A program made the position numbers and the translations under genes. From Octopus sinensis (Eukaryota): DNA of 33,394 bases. The notes beneath the pieces are model-generated. The model worked only from the letters and a program-made list of their open reading frames with translations. It did not search any database and had not been told where the DNA came from. The stretch is from contig NW_021832105.1 of NCBI RefSeq assembly GCF_006345805.1, forward strand, positions 1 to 33,394, in the 5' to 3' direction. Positions 9,437 through 20,495 of this stretch are shown here, piece by piece; position 1 is the stretch's first letter; every line of letters begins with the position of its first letter.

Positions 9437-9660
9437 GCAATATCAGGCAAGATCCGTTGTGAAAACAATATCAAGCAAGATCCGTTGTGAAAGCAATATC
9501 AAGCAAGATCCGTTGTGAAAGCAATATCAAGCAAGATCCGTTGTGAAAGCAATATCAGGCAAGATCCGTTGTGAAAGCAATATCAAGCAAGATCCGTTGT
9601 GAAAGCAATATCAGGCAAGATCCGCTGTGAAAGCAATATCAAGCAAGATCCGTTGTGAAA
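9437..9660. repeat. Minisatellite, 28-bp unit x8 (GCAATATCARGCAAGATCCGTTGTGAAA)
   Basis: Eight contiguous units starting at 9437, 9465, ... 9633 with no spacers; A/G variant at unit position 10. Confidence 0.97.
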
Positions 9661-10035
9661 AAGTTTGAATATTTAAATTACAACTGAACTTTATCTAACC
9701 GGCTGCTACCAAGTATTCGTCAAACTATTTGGATTCGTAGCTAAAGACAGGCAAGGATAATTCTACAGACAGCATGCATAGTGGTCGATTCCGCAACCGT
9801 ATGATTGTAAATCGAACATTTCAATGAAACTCTGAGAAAGGAATTGCAAGAATAAGAAAAAAAGCCAGGTAAAGAGGAGGGAGAAGGGGAAGAAGAAGAA
9901 GGTAACGATGGTCATGACGATGATGATATCAGTGAAGAACAAGAAAATGAACAAGAGAAAGAGAGAAGTCTAAACAAAAACGTAAGGAAGGGAAAAAAAG
10001 AATTGTGGAAGTGAAAGAGAAATAACGGAGAAAAT

Positions 10036-10043
10036 TAGTAGTG

Positions 10044-10097
<54 letters not shown>

Positions 10098-10393
10098 ATA
10101 GTAGTAGTAGTAGTAATAGTAGTAGTAGAGTGTAGGAGGAGGAGGCGAGGAGGAGGAGGAGGAGGCGGAGGGAGGAGGGGGGAGGGGGAGGGAGATGGGA
10201 GAGAGGAGGGAGGAAGGAAGAGGAGGGAGTACGATGAGGAAGAAGGAGAAGGAGGAAAGGAGAAGAAGAAGAAGAAGAAGAAGAAGGAGAAAAAAAAGAA
10301 GAAAAAGAAAAAGAAGGAGAAGGAGAAGAAGAAGAAGAAGGAGAAGGAGAAGGAGGAGAAGAAGAAGAAGGAGAAGAAGAAGGAGAAGAAGAA

Positions 10394-10424
<31 letters not shown>

Positions 10425-10520
10425 AAGAAAAGGGGGAGATACAAGCGGAGGGAGGAAGGAGTTGGAGAAGAAGAAAATGGACAACAACAGCAGAATAAGA
10501 AGGAAGAAGAAGACGGCGGC
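10036..10520. repeat. (TAG)n followed by a (GGA)n/(GAA)n polypurine block
   Basis: Read directly; source of the poly-K, poly-E, poly-R and poly-F pseudo-ORFs. Confidence 0.95.
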
Positions 10521-10734
10521 ACATCACTGGTTTTTGTGAATGATAAGACTGAACATCTAATGAAACGGGTTGGGTAAAGGCTGATTGGTTGACATCTGTT
10601 CGGGTTGGTTGGTTGGGTTGTTGAGTAGGGAGGGAGGGGTGCGGATGCGGGGAGTGTTGGTTGTTGTGCTAATTTGAAGGTTAGAAAAACACGGGAAAGC
10701 GAACACACCATACTCTCTCATACACAAATCAGCA

Positions 10735-10769
10735 TTACACGTACGTACGTACGTACGTATGTATGTATG

Positions 10770-10801
<32 letters not shown>

Positions 10802-10818
10802 TGTATGTATATAAATAT

Positions 10819-10877
<59 letters not shown>

Positions 10878-10953
10878 ATATATATACATACGTACATACT
10901 TATGCACACAGCCGAATATATACATATACATACATATATATATATATATTATA

Positions 10954-11005
<52 letters not shown>

Positions 11006-11016
11006 ATAATATATTT

Positions 11017-11063
<47 letters not shown>

Positions 11064-11230
11064 TATATGTACACGTATGCGTATGGATATATATGCATGT
11101 ATATATATACATACGTATGTGCATATACATCCATACACACACACACACAACATATATAACATACATAAAATGTGCATATATGAAATTACATATGTAGATA
11201 TATGTGTGTTTGTGTGCATGTATGCTGGAC

Positions 11231-11284
<54 letters not shown>

Positions 11285-11345
11285 TATATATTATATATAT
11301 GTGTGTGTGTGTGTGTTGTGCGTGTAGACATGTATATATACAGAT
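10735..11345. repeat. (TATG)n/(TA)n/(CA)n compound block
   Basis: Read directly. Confidence 0.95.
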
Positions 11346-11519
11346 ATTTCTGTATGTGTGTGAATGAGGCTGTGTGTGTATTTATATATACATCCACACG
11401 TATAGACATATTACATATGGGCGGAGCTTTCCATCATCTGTGGTTGTTGATGTAGACCGGTAGGGGCTATTGCAGGGCGATGTTTTATTGCCGATGTTGT
11501 TGAAGTAACGCTTGTACTA

Positions 11520-12720
11520 ATTATTGTTATGGGTTTTCGTTGCTTTTTTGTTGTTGTTGTTATTGTTTGTTAGTCGTTCCTTAATGTTTGTGGTTGTGTA
11601 TTGTGGTCGGCGGCGGAGGCAGCGGTGGTGGCGGCAGTGGTTTCTGATGCTGGTGGTGCTGGTGGTGCTGGTGGTGTTACTGGGTGTTGTTCTTAGTTTG
11701 GCGAATGGGGGGGAAGGTTTGCTGTGGGGGAGACGGGGAGAGCTAGTGGTTGGCAGTAAGTGATTGTCCGCGGCAGTGGTGGCATTGAAGCCGCTGCTGC
11801 TGCTGCTGCTGTTGTCGCTCGTTGCGTTGGAGACTGTGATGGCGGTGTAGGTGGTGATGGTGTTTTGGTGGCCGTGGTGGTGTTGGTGGTGTGGTGGACT
11901 TGGTGGTGTTAGTGGTGGTGGTGGTGGTGGTTTTGATGGTGGTGGTGAGGGTGGTGGTGATGGTGGTGGTGGTGGTGATGGTGTTTTGGTGGCCGTGTTT
12001 GTGTTGGTGTTGGTGGTGGTGGTTTTGAGGGTGGTGAGGGTGGTGGTGAGGGTGGTGGTGGTGGTGATGGTGGTGGTGGTGGTTGTGGTGGTGGTAATGG
12101 TGGTGGTGGTGGTGCTGCTGCTGCTGCTGCTGGTGGTGGTGATGGTGGTGGTGGTGTTGGTGGTGGTAGTGGTGGTGGTAGTGGTGGTGGTGGTGGTGGT
12201 GCTGCTGCTGCTACTGCTGGTGGTGGTGGGGTGGTGGTGGTGGTGGTGGTGGTGGTGGTGGTGTTGGTGGTGGTGGTGGTGGTGGTGGTGGTGGTGTTGA
12301 GGGTTCTAATGACGGTGGTGGTTGCGGTGGCGATAAATGTATTGGTAGACGATGATAGTGCTGGATATTGATGAGTGTGGTCGTGGAAGAGGTGGTGGAG
12401 TTGTTATTGGGGGGATGGCAACGGTGGAGGTGGTGATGGTTGTGGTGGTGGTGGTGGTGGTGGTGGTGGGAAACATGGGAAACGTGGGGGTGGTGATGGT
12501 GGAGGCTGTGGTTGTGGTCATAGACGGCGGTCGTTTTGATGCTGGTTGTGGGGCTGTCGGAGCTGGTGTTAGACGTTTTTGCAGTGGTGTGGCGCTGGTG
12601 GTAGAAGATGGCTTTAGTAGTGATGGCGGTGGTGGTCGTGTCGTGGTAGTAGTAGTAGTAGTAGTGATGGCAGTGTTGGTCGTGGTCTCGTTGGCGGTGG
12701 TGTGTGGTTCGTGGTTGTAT
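11520..12720. repeat. Degenerate (GGT)n/(GCT)n/(GTT)n block
   Basis: Read directly. Confidence 0.93.
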
Positions 12721-12879
12721 TTCTGATTGGTTTTTGTGGCTCAGAAGATAAGACACATTACACACGCTTTTCAAGCAAGCAAAGAAAACACAATCTACAA
12801 AAACAACAACAAAAAATAATACTAATAAATAAATAAATAGATATATAAAGGAAAGCTGTGTTGCCATTATCGCTGTCAT

Positions 12880-13042
12880 GTCGTCATCACTTTCGTCTTA
12901 ACCTCCGCCAACGTCTACACCGTCATCTCTCACGTCATCTTCGCTGTTTTCTTCTTCGCTATGCAACTGTCGATTTCGTCTTAGCTGACGTCTTCAACGA
13001 TCTCGTCATCGCTATAATCGTCATCCTTATATCGTCGTCGTT

Positions 13043-13082
<40 letters not shown>

Positions 13083-13385
13083 TCGTCATCGTCATCATCA
13101 TCATCATCATCATCATCAACAATTTCCCACTTCCTTCTCCTTAACGTCTTCAATATCATCATCAGCAGCACCTATAGTATTCTCATCAATATCATCATCG
13201 TCATCGTCGTCATCGTCGTCGTCAACATCGTTGTCGTCGTCGTCATCATCATAACATTATCACCATCATCATCATTATCATCAACATCATAACATCATCA
13301 TCATCATCGCCATTATCATCATCGCCATTATCATCATCATCATTATTATCATCATCATCATCTTCATCACCATCATCATAGCGTC
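12880..13385. repeat. Degenerate (CAT)n/(CGT)n block
   Basis: Read directly. Confidence 0.93.
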
Positions 13386-13749
13386 ATAAGCAATTTACGA
13401 CTCGATTTAACGCCGCCACTTTAGAGTTCGGGTGATTCAAGTGAGGTCGACTATGTTGCAAGCATTCGGGCCGGGTCTCGGATTGAGGACATCTCTCTTC
13501 TTTTCCACCCATCTCAATGGTTCAGTAAATAGTTATTGGCACTGTGTTTACATCCTGATTAAATTATCTCAAATCCAGTATTTGTTATGTCTGGCAAATG
13601 GATGGCAAATAATTTCTGAATACTTTGTAGAGAAGGAATTCTGGATGGTGGTGACTGCAGAGGGTACAAGGATTCGCCTCAAGCTCCCTTTAAAGACTCC
13701 AATATTACGTTCGTCATCTTACCTCATTTTTACCTTGTACTTGTTTTAG

Positions 13750-14140
13750 TTATTCGTCCGCGGTCAAGCTGGAGCACCGCCTTGAAGACACTTTTGTCAA
13801 ATAAATTGAGCTTAGGACTTATATTTTTTCATACCAGGTACTTATTCCGTCAGTCTGTTTTGCCGAAGTGCTAAGTTACGAAGACGCAAACAGGCTAGCA
13901 CTGGTTGCCTAGTAATGGTAAGGAATTAACACAGACACAATGTCACACACGCGCGCATACATTCACATATAAATATATAAATAGACGGCATTCTTTCAAT
14001 AATTTCCGTCCATCAAATCCACTTAAATTGCTTTTGTGGTCCCGAGGTATATTAGAAAACACATGCCCAAGGAAACGCCCAGTGGGATTGAACCTGGAGC
14101 TATATGCTTAGGAAACGAGCTTATTACCACACATTCACGC
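13750..14140 (-). mobile_element. SINE family B, old diverged full-length copy
   Basis: GCTGGAGCACCGCC, TTTTGCCGAA..GCTAAGTTACG, AACACAGACAC, GCCCAAG..CAGTGGGATTGAACC and TTACCACAC, all colinear with 2962-3345. Confidence 0.75.
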
Positions 14141-14399
14141 TTGAAGGACGTGATAGACATTTCATTAGTTACTTGTATGGACATTCAAATGTTCAATCTT
14201 GCAGATTTACAATTTTTTTAATAATTATTGTATAAACAGGTGTGTATTCCAATGGCACGTCTAGCTTCGGCATAATTCATGATCCTGTTCAACCGTGACA
14301 TAACAAGAGATAAAGCTAGACATTTCAATTTGGAATACGAGATACCCAGCTGGAGTCTTCAGTGTTTCTTTCCACTTGAGGCTAATGTAAATGTTATTT

Positions 14400-14475
14400 T
14401 TGCAAAATGCCGAGCAGCAGGATCGAACACAGATCCTTATGATTGCAAAGCAAATTTCTTAACCAGTTGCCCATG
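14400..14475 (-). mobile_element. Degraded tRNA-like SINE head
   Basis: Minus strand has TGGTTAAG (A-box-like) and GTTCGATCC (B box) about 30 bp apart; no intact cloverleaf. Confidence 0.35.
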
Positions 14476-14931
14476 TCATAGAAAAGTATTGCTACTGAGA
14501 TATCTGGATCTTTTCCCTTTGAACGGCAGATCGAGAAATTCATTTTTTGTGACTAAACACTTTCACGTGTCATATAAAACATCTTTTACTCTTAGTGTTG
14601 TTGAGAAAAGTTTGTATTTTCAAAGTTATTTCGTGCTAAAATAGTCGTATTTCGGTAATTTCAACCAATCAATGACGTGCTGTTGTTTGTCAGCAACAAC
14701 TTCCGGCGGTTTATATTTCGTTTGTCACTGTTGTTTATGACATCGTTCGTGCGTTTGTACCGGTTTGTACTTTAGGTGAAGTCGAATAACAGCAAAACCC
14801 AATGTATCTGTCCATAGCAAAAAGCTGACAGGTTGGAAGTGAGGGCAAAGAAAGCGCAAAGATGCTCATGTTTTATCATTCAAGGGATTTGGAATATTCA
14901 CCGAGGATGTCGATATTTTCGTATATATTAA

Positions 14932-15136
14932 GGCAGCGTGCTGGCAGAATCGTTAGCACACCGGATAAGATTCTTTCGGCGTTTCGTTCACTTACGTTCT
15001 GTGTTCAAATACCGCCTAGGTCGACTTCATCTTTTCACCCGTTCGATTTCGATAAAATAAATGCTACTAGAACACTGGGGTCAAATGTAATCAACTTGCC
15101 CCGAAAATTGCTGGCCTTGTGCCAAAATTTGAAATC
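14932..15136 (+). mobile_element. SINE family A monomer with tail type 2, diverged
   Basis: GCTGGCAGAATCGTTAGCAC, GTTCAAATACCGCC, CACTGGGGTCAAATGTAATC, CCCCGAAAATTGCTGGCCTTGTGCCAAAATTTGAAA. Confidence 0.8.
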
Positions 15137-15593
15137 AATTTTACCATATTTATTGACGGACAAAGAAAGTACTATGCCTACAAATACGGTGGGGTCGGCA
15201 GGGTTGGATCATATTTTTTAGCATATCCACTTAAGTAGATTTAACTTGGGGTTAAGCATTAACAACAAACGCATAAAACACTGGAAGGAAAACCTTACAA
15301 AAGATTTCTTGTTTCTATTGTTTAGCTAAGAATTCTGTTCCGTATAAGTTTGAACTAAAAACCATTCTATATACAACCATCGCGCATTTTCCCTTATAGT
15401 AAATCTTGGATTAATCGATTGAAACATGGCAATAAAAAAAATTAACAAATGAAAAATAAAAAATAAAGAAAATACGTCAGCTGAATTTTGAAAGAAATTA
15501 AGATGATGTATACAGAAAATAGCGCGACCTTTTAGATGTTCATGTTGCTTTTGTTTAACCGCAGGTTTCGCCCCAGTTCAGGCACAGCGACAA

Positions 15594-15932
15594 ATTCTTC
15601 TTTTCTTTTCTAGGCACAAGGCCGGACATTTTTGGGGAAAGGACCAGTCGAGTAGATCGACCCCAGTACGCAACTGATACTTAATTTATCGACCCCGAAA
15701 TACCTATTTCTTTATTACCCACAGGGGCTACACACAGAGGGGACAAACAAGGAGAGACAAACGGATTAAGTCGATTATATCGACCCAAGTGCGTAACTGG
15801 TACTTAATTTATCGACCCCGAAAGATGAAAGGCAAAGTCGACCTCGGCGGAATTTGAACTCAGAATATAAAGACGGACGAAATGCCGCTAAGCATTTCGC
15901 CCGGCGCCCCAACGTCTCTGCCGGCACGCCAC
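15594..15932 (-). mobile_element. SINE family A two-unit composite; unit 2 has a 60-bp deletion; tail type 2
   Basis: Minus strand has a complete head and unit 1, then GAAATAGGTATTTCG joined directly to GGGTCGATAAATTAAG, then tail GGCCTTGTGCCTAGAAAAG. Confidence 0.88.
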
Positions 15933-16090
15933 CTTGCACAGCAACCAAGTATGTTCTTCGAAATGCGGGCAAGTTCCCACCAATATATTCAGCGTGTCCT
16001 TTTCATAGAAGGTGGATTAGGATTTGAGAGAGATTTCGTTGCTGTTTCTAGATAGTTGTAACGCTGGATACACACACACCTATGTCTCTG

Positions 16091-16222
16091 TCGTAAGAAG
16101 CTTGCTTCCTACCCTTATTGTTCCGGGTGCAGTCCCACTACATGGAACCTTGGACAACTGTCTTCTACTGAGTACTGGGATCGATTTATGTGACTAAAAT
16201 TCCTCAAAACGGGGCTACAGTC
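16091..16222 (+). mobile_element. SINE family B head and CORE fused directly to the 3' module (internal deletion or chimera)
   Basis: GTAAGAAGCTTGCTT..GTTCCGGGTGCAGTCCCACT..CTTGGACAACTGTCTTCTACT runs straight into GAGTACTGGGATCGATTTATGTGACTAAAA. Confidence 0.6.
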
Positions 16223-16594
16223 TATATATACTTGGAAGAGGTTGAAGCTTGATTTACGAGTTCGCCACCACAACCTCGTTTAGGCTTAGAAGGTCCCTTC
16301 CTGTTTGTATTCACTGTCCTGTTTGTGTTACCTATTTTAACCCTCCGAAAATTCCTAAATTTTATTTAATTTGCTTTGCGGGAGCAACTGTTTTATCGAA
16401 AACATATTGTTGTTAAAAGCTCGAAATACGAGACTAAACAACAGCCAATAACAGATGAAGGGTCGTTCATTATGTTGTTTGTTTTGTTTTCCGTTTGTAT
16501 CTCTCGTTGTTCGGAAGAATAGTTCATGTTCCATGTGCTCGTACTTCGAATGTTTTGTTGTACACGTCTCGTGACGTCCTGTGCCCACATATGC

Positions 16595-16625
<31 letters not shown>

Positions 16626-16656
16626 CGTGTGCGTGTGTGTGTGTGTATGTGTGTGT

Positions 16657-16746
16657 ATAAACACTCACGACGCCCGATCTGGGAATCGAAACACCGATCC
16701 TACGACTGCGTGTCCGCTGCCCTAACCACTGGGCCATTGCACCTCC
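16657..16746 (-). mobile_element. SINE family D, tRNA-like head only
   Basis: Minus strand GGTGCAATGGCCCAGTGGTTAGGGCAGCGGAC..TTTCGATTCCCAGATCGGGCGTCGTGAGTGTTT matches 28237-28322 and is truncated at a (TG)/(TA) tract. Confidence 0.8.
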
Positions 16747-17410
16747 ACTAGTAGTTATACTTATCAAACGTATCATATTACAGCGTAAATTGCGATATAT
16801 AGACATGTAGGAAATGGGAGAGAAAGACAGAAACACAGGGAAATGGAAGTGGAGAAAGAAAGAATGATAGAAACAAGTAGATGAACAGATGGGGGGTGGG
16901 GTGGAAATACTAAATATGGATAAGATATTGAATCTTGTGATGAAAGCCCTAAAACATATTTAAATTGCTGCACTCAATATTCTTAAATTTTAACTTATCT
17001 AATATCCATGTAGATATTTATTTTCTGTAAACTCAGCAAATATTTTCAATAAATACTTCCAGCAAAATATTTCAATGATCCATACTCCCTAAGAGTTCAC
17101 TTTAAATCGTCACTGCATTTACAGTAATTCCTGCCATCAAACGTAATTGTCATGGCTGGCCCTGTAGTATACTCATGTAATAAGGATTACAACACCAGAG
17201 CAGAAGAAGAAGGACAATGTGAAGGAATTTGTATGATGAAAGGACGATACTTGAGCAGAAGAGAACTTGTTGAACTCCTCCGAGATTTAACTGCAATTGA
17301 AGAAAGGTGTAAACGGAATTTAAAAGAGAAATTTGTTTCTAATGCACTACAAGTGATCCCAGAAATCCAACATACAAGGATTCCATACACATAAAAGCGT
17401 GAGAGCACCT

Positions 17411-17975
<565 letters not shown>

Positions 17976-17984
17976 TATATCTAC

Positions 17985-18206
17985 AAGAAATTTTGTCAGT
18001 GAACAGGTCGCTGTCTCAAAGCGACGAAAATATTTTGGCAAATTAAATTTAAATGTTGAAGTGAATCTAACGGTTTTTGTGTTTTTCTTAAATGAACACC
18101 TTTCAAGGTGCAATTGTTTTCGTTCCAGCACACGATCTCTGATCGGGTCATTTGCTATGCAAGTACATCTCCGTAAATATATATATATAGATACACACAC
18201 ACACAC

Positions 18207-18252
<46 letters not shown>

Positions 18253-18261
18253 TATATATAT

Positions 18262-18292
<31 letters not shown>

Positions 18293-18352
18293 CGAACGGC
18301 TTTTGTGTGTTTCTTAAATGGCTTATAAACATCTTCCACGCTGCAATTGTTT
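17985..18352. mobile_element. Interspersed repeat family E, copy 2 (17985-18177) plus a second partial segment (18293-18352) after a (TA)n tract
   Basis: Homologous to 815-1022; TTAAATGGCTTATAAACA..CAATTGTTT recurs at about 925-960 and 18314-18352. Confidence 0.75.
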
Positions 18353-18366
18353 ATATATATATATAT

Positions 18367-18403
<37 letters not shown>

Positions 18404-18972
18404 GCTAGTATATGGAAAAATATACTGGAATACGAAAGGTGGTGTCTGTATATTATCGAAGCTGAAAACAAAATTCTCAAACCATCAGTTACTGTTTCAT
18501 GTAAGCGACAGTCGCGAATTTTGTCTCACGACAATCTGAATGTCCGTTACTTGAAAAAGTCTTAGAAAAAAATCTCTGACGAGCATATTGTCTATGTGTG
18601 TGTTTATGCATATATACATAGAAAAAATAGAGGTTAGAAATGCACTGAGAATAGTTAGAATATTTTCTATTTGAAGTTTTAACCGGTTTCAAAAATTTGA
18701 AATAGAAAGACGTGGCTTATGTCGCTGCTATTTTGCTTCTGACTCCCTATTCTAATAGGGACTTCATGGCTCAAAATAGTATATGTTTTAAATAGGGCTT
18801 GATAGGTAGAGGATAGTCAAATGATTGGTCTTAAAAACTCATGTAGGTTTCCCGCTACGTCCGTGACTTAGTCTCAAGTGACAATGTTTAGCGTCGTAAG
18901 TTAGGGCTGACACGGTTGACTGCGCAAGTCTATGGTAGTACTAAACAATCAATGCTCTCTAATGTTGTCTGT

Positions 18973-19053
18973 CACGTGTTTGTAGAGAATGAACACGTGA
19001 TTAAATGTAGAACCTATGCGTTTCACGCTACGCCCGTATATTAGTGTCACGTG
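18973..19053. promoter_or_regulatory. Cluster of three CACGTG E-boxes
   Basis: CACGTG at 18973-18978, 18994-18999 and 19048-19053; two are in GTCACGTG context. Function not shown. Confidence 0.35.
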
Positions 19054-19172
19054 GCAGGATATTTTGCGCCTAAATACATACGTATGTATGTATTTATACA
19101 ATTCTCTTTTACTACAATGTAACAGAGAATCACCATATAAGGGAAATTCGTTAGTTGATTCGTACTTAGTTT

Positions 19173-19588
19173 CCTATTTCTTTATTGCCCACAAGGGGCT
19201 AAATATAGAGGAGACAAAAAAGGACAGACAAAGAGATTAAGCCGATTACATCGACCCCAGTGTGTGACTGGTACTTAATTTATCGACCCCGAAAGGATGA
19301 AAGGCAAAGTCGACCACGGCGGAATTTTGAACCAAGAACGTAGCGGCAGACGAAATATCTATTTCTGTACTACCCACAAGGGGCTAAACACAGAGGGGAC
19401 AAACAAGGACAGACAAACGGATTAAATCGATTGTATCGACCCCAGTGTGTAACTGGTTCTTAATTCATCGACCCCGAAGGGATGAAAGGCAAAGTCGACC
19501 TCGGCGGAATTTGAACTCAGAACGTAGCGACAAACGAAATACCGGTAAGCATTTCACCCGGCGCGCTACCCTTTCTGCCAGCTCGGAA
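19173..19588 (-). mobile_element. SINE family A tandem dimer (head plus two 184-bp units, both tail type 1)
   Basis: CGAAAT anchors at 19351 and 19535 give a period of 184 bp; each unit carries a B box; only the first carries the A-box head. Confidence 0.9.
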
Positions 19589-20306
19589 CCTTACTTAGTA
19601 TATGTTACTTAGTTAAAATTCGCTCAAATTGGGCAGAATTGCATAATATGAGTTCATTACAGGATAATTTGATGTTTTGAAGGTACCTACGTGAAGATGT
19701 TTCGTAAGGTGTTCAACTTTTTCTGTGTATCCAAGACATTCTGGCATTGATTTTACTTAAAAGTAAATGACCTCCATATAGTGCAGTATTTCTGTTCAGA
19801 TGTCCATACTGGGATCCACGCAAGCAAAACTGGAAATTGGGAATCCACTGCAGTGCATTAAGAGACCAGGAAAACATCTTGTTTTACCTGTATTTATTGC
19901 AAGAAATACCTAAATGTCTTTTTCTGACGTTTTAAATAGTTCAACCTGCACAAGGTAATGTGAAGAATAATAGGAATATTTTAAGAGGTATCTCTAAAAC
20001 ATCAAATGTCTGTGGGGTCTTCCAGAATAAAATAGTATTCAAAGGGGTTCATAGATACTAAAAATAAGTTTGTGGGCCATTGATTTGGACGACGAGGGAA
20101 CAAATATGGTCAGTTGTTTATTTGACTGAAAACAAAATGATGAAATGCGAAATTGGCGGAAATTGAACTCTGTACGTAGGAGGTTGCTACTAAATATTAT
20201 AAGACTTTTTTTCTGGTGCCGTAAACGGTTCTATCAATCCTTCTTATCCTAATGCACTATGGTTTCAGCTTCACTAAAGTTTAGGACAAACACACATAAT
20301 AGTAGG

Positions 20307-20341
<35 letters not shown>

Positions 20342-20345
<4 letters not shown>

Positions 20346-20495
20346 GAATTCAAATAAACGACAACGAACATGAAAAAAAATAACAACGCGAGGACGTTGT
20401 ACAAATGATGTATTTATCAGGCGCTCAGGAAAGGAAAGAAAGAGGATTTAACGTTTCGACCAACGTTCTTCTTCAGAAAAAGAGGAACATCCAAA
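20342..20495 (-). mobile_element. Short repeat carrying a hammerhead-like motif (probable Penelope-like terminal fragment), copy 2
   Basis: Homologous to 3547-3690; begins at the end of a (TA)n tract. Confidence 0.55.
20447..20479 (-). ncRNA. Minimal type I hammerhead-ribozyme-like motif (canonical core)
   Basis: Minus strand: TTT-CTGAAGA-A-GAAC(GTT)GGTC-GAAA-CGTT-AAA. CUGANGA and GAAA are intact, stem II has one mismatch, stem I is only 3 A-U pairs, and the triplet is GUU. Confidence 0.5.

Noticed and set aside
9437-9660. CRISPR-like 28-bp repeat
   Set aside because: Units are contiguous with no unique spacers, there are no cas genes, and the context is eukaryotic.
9929-13292. Many overlapping ORFs rich in K/E/R, Y/I, V/W/G or S/D
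   Set aside because: All are translations of GAA, TA, GGT and CAT/CGT microsatellites.
13631-13663. Possible 33-nt symmetric micro-exon (TTTGTAG...GG/GTACAA)
   Set aside because: Splice signals are of a strength common by chance and neither open frame is recognisable; needs RNA-seq.
16657-16746. Possible tRNA genes here and at about 620-689 and 28237-28310
   Set aside because: A and B boxes are present but the cloverleaf and acceptor stem are not intact, and the sequences continue into SINE bodies.
19798-19935. Frame CPYWDPRKQNWKLGIHC resembling a GPS motif, after an acceptor-like TTCTGTTCAG
   Set aside because: W-to-C spacing does not fit, and the frame stops before the nearest good donor (AAG/GTAATG near 19953).
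20005-20082. Possible hAT/Charlie MITE end (AAGTTTGTGGGCCATTG)
   Set aside because: Too degenerate, and I could find no matching left TIR or 8-bp TSD.
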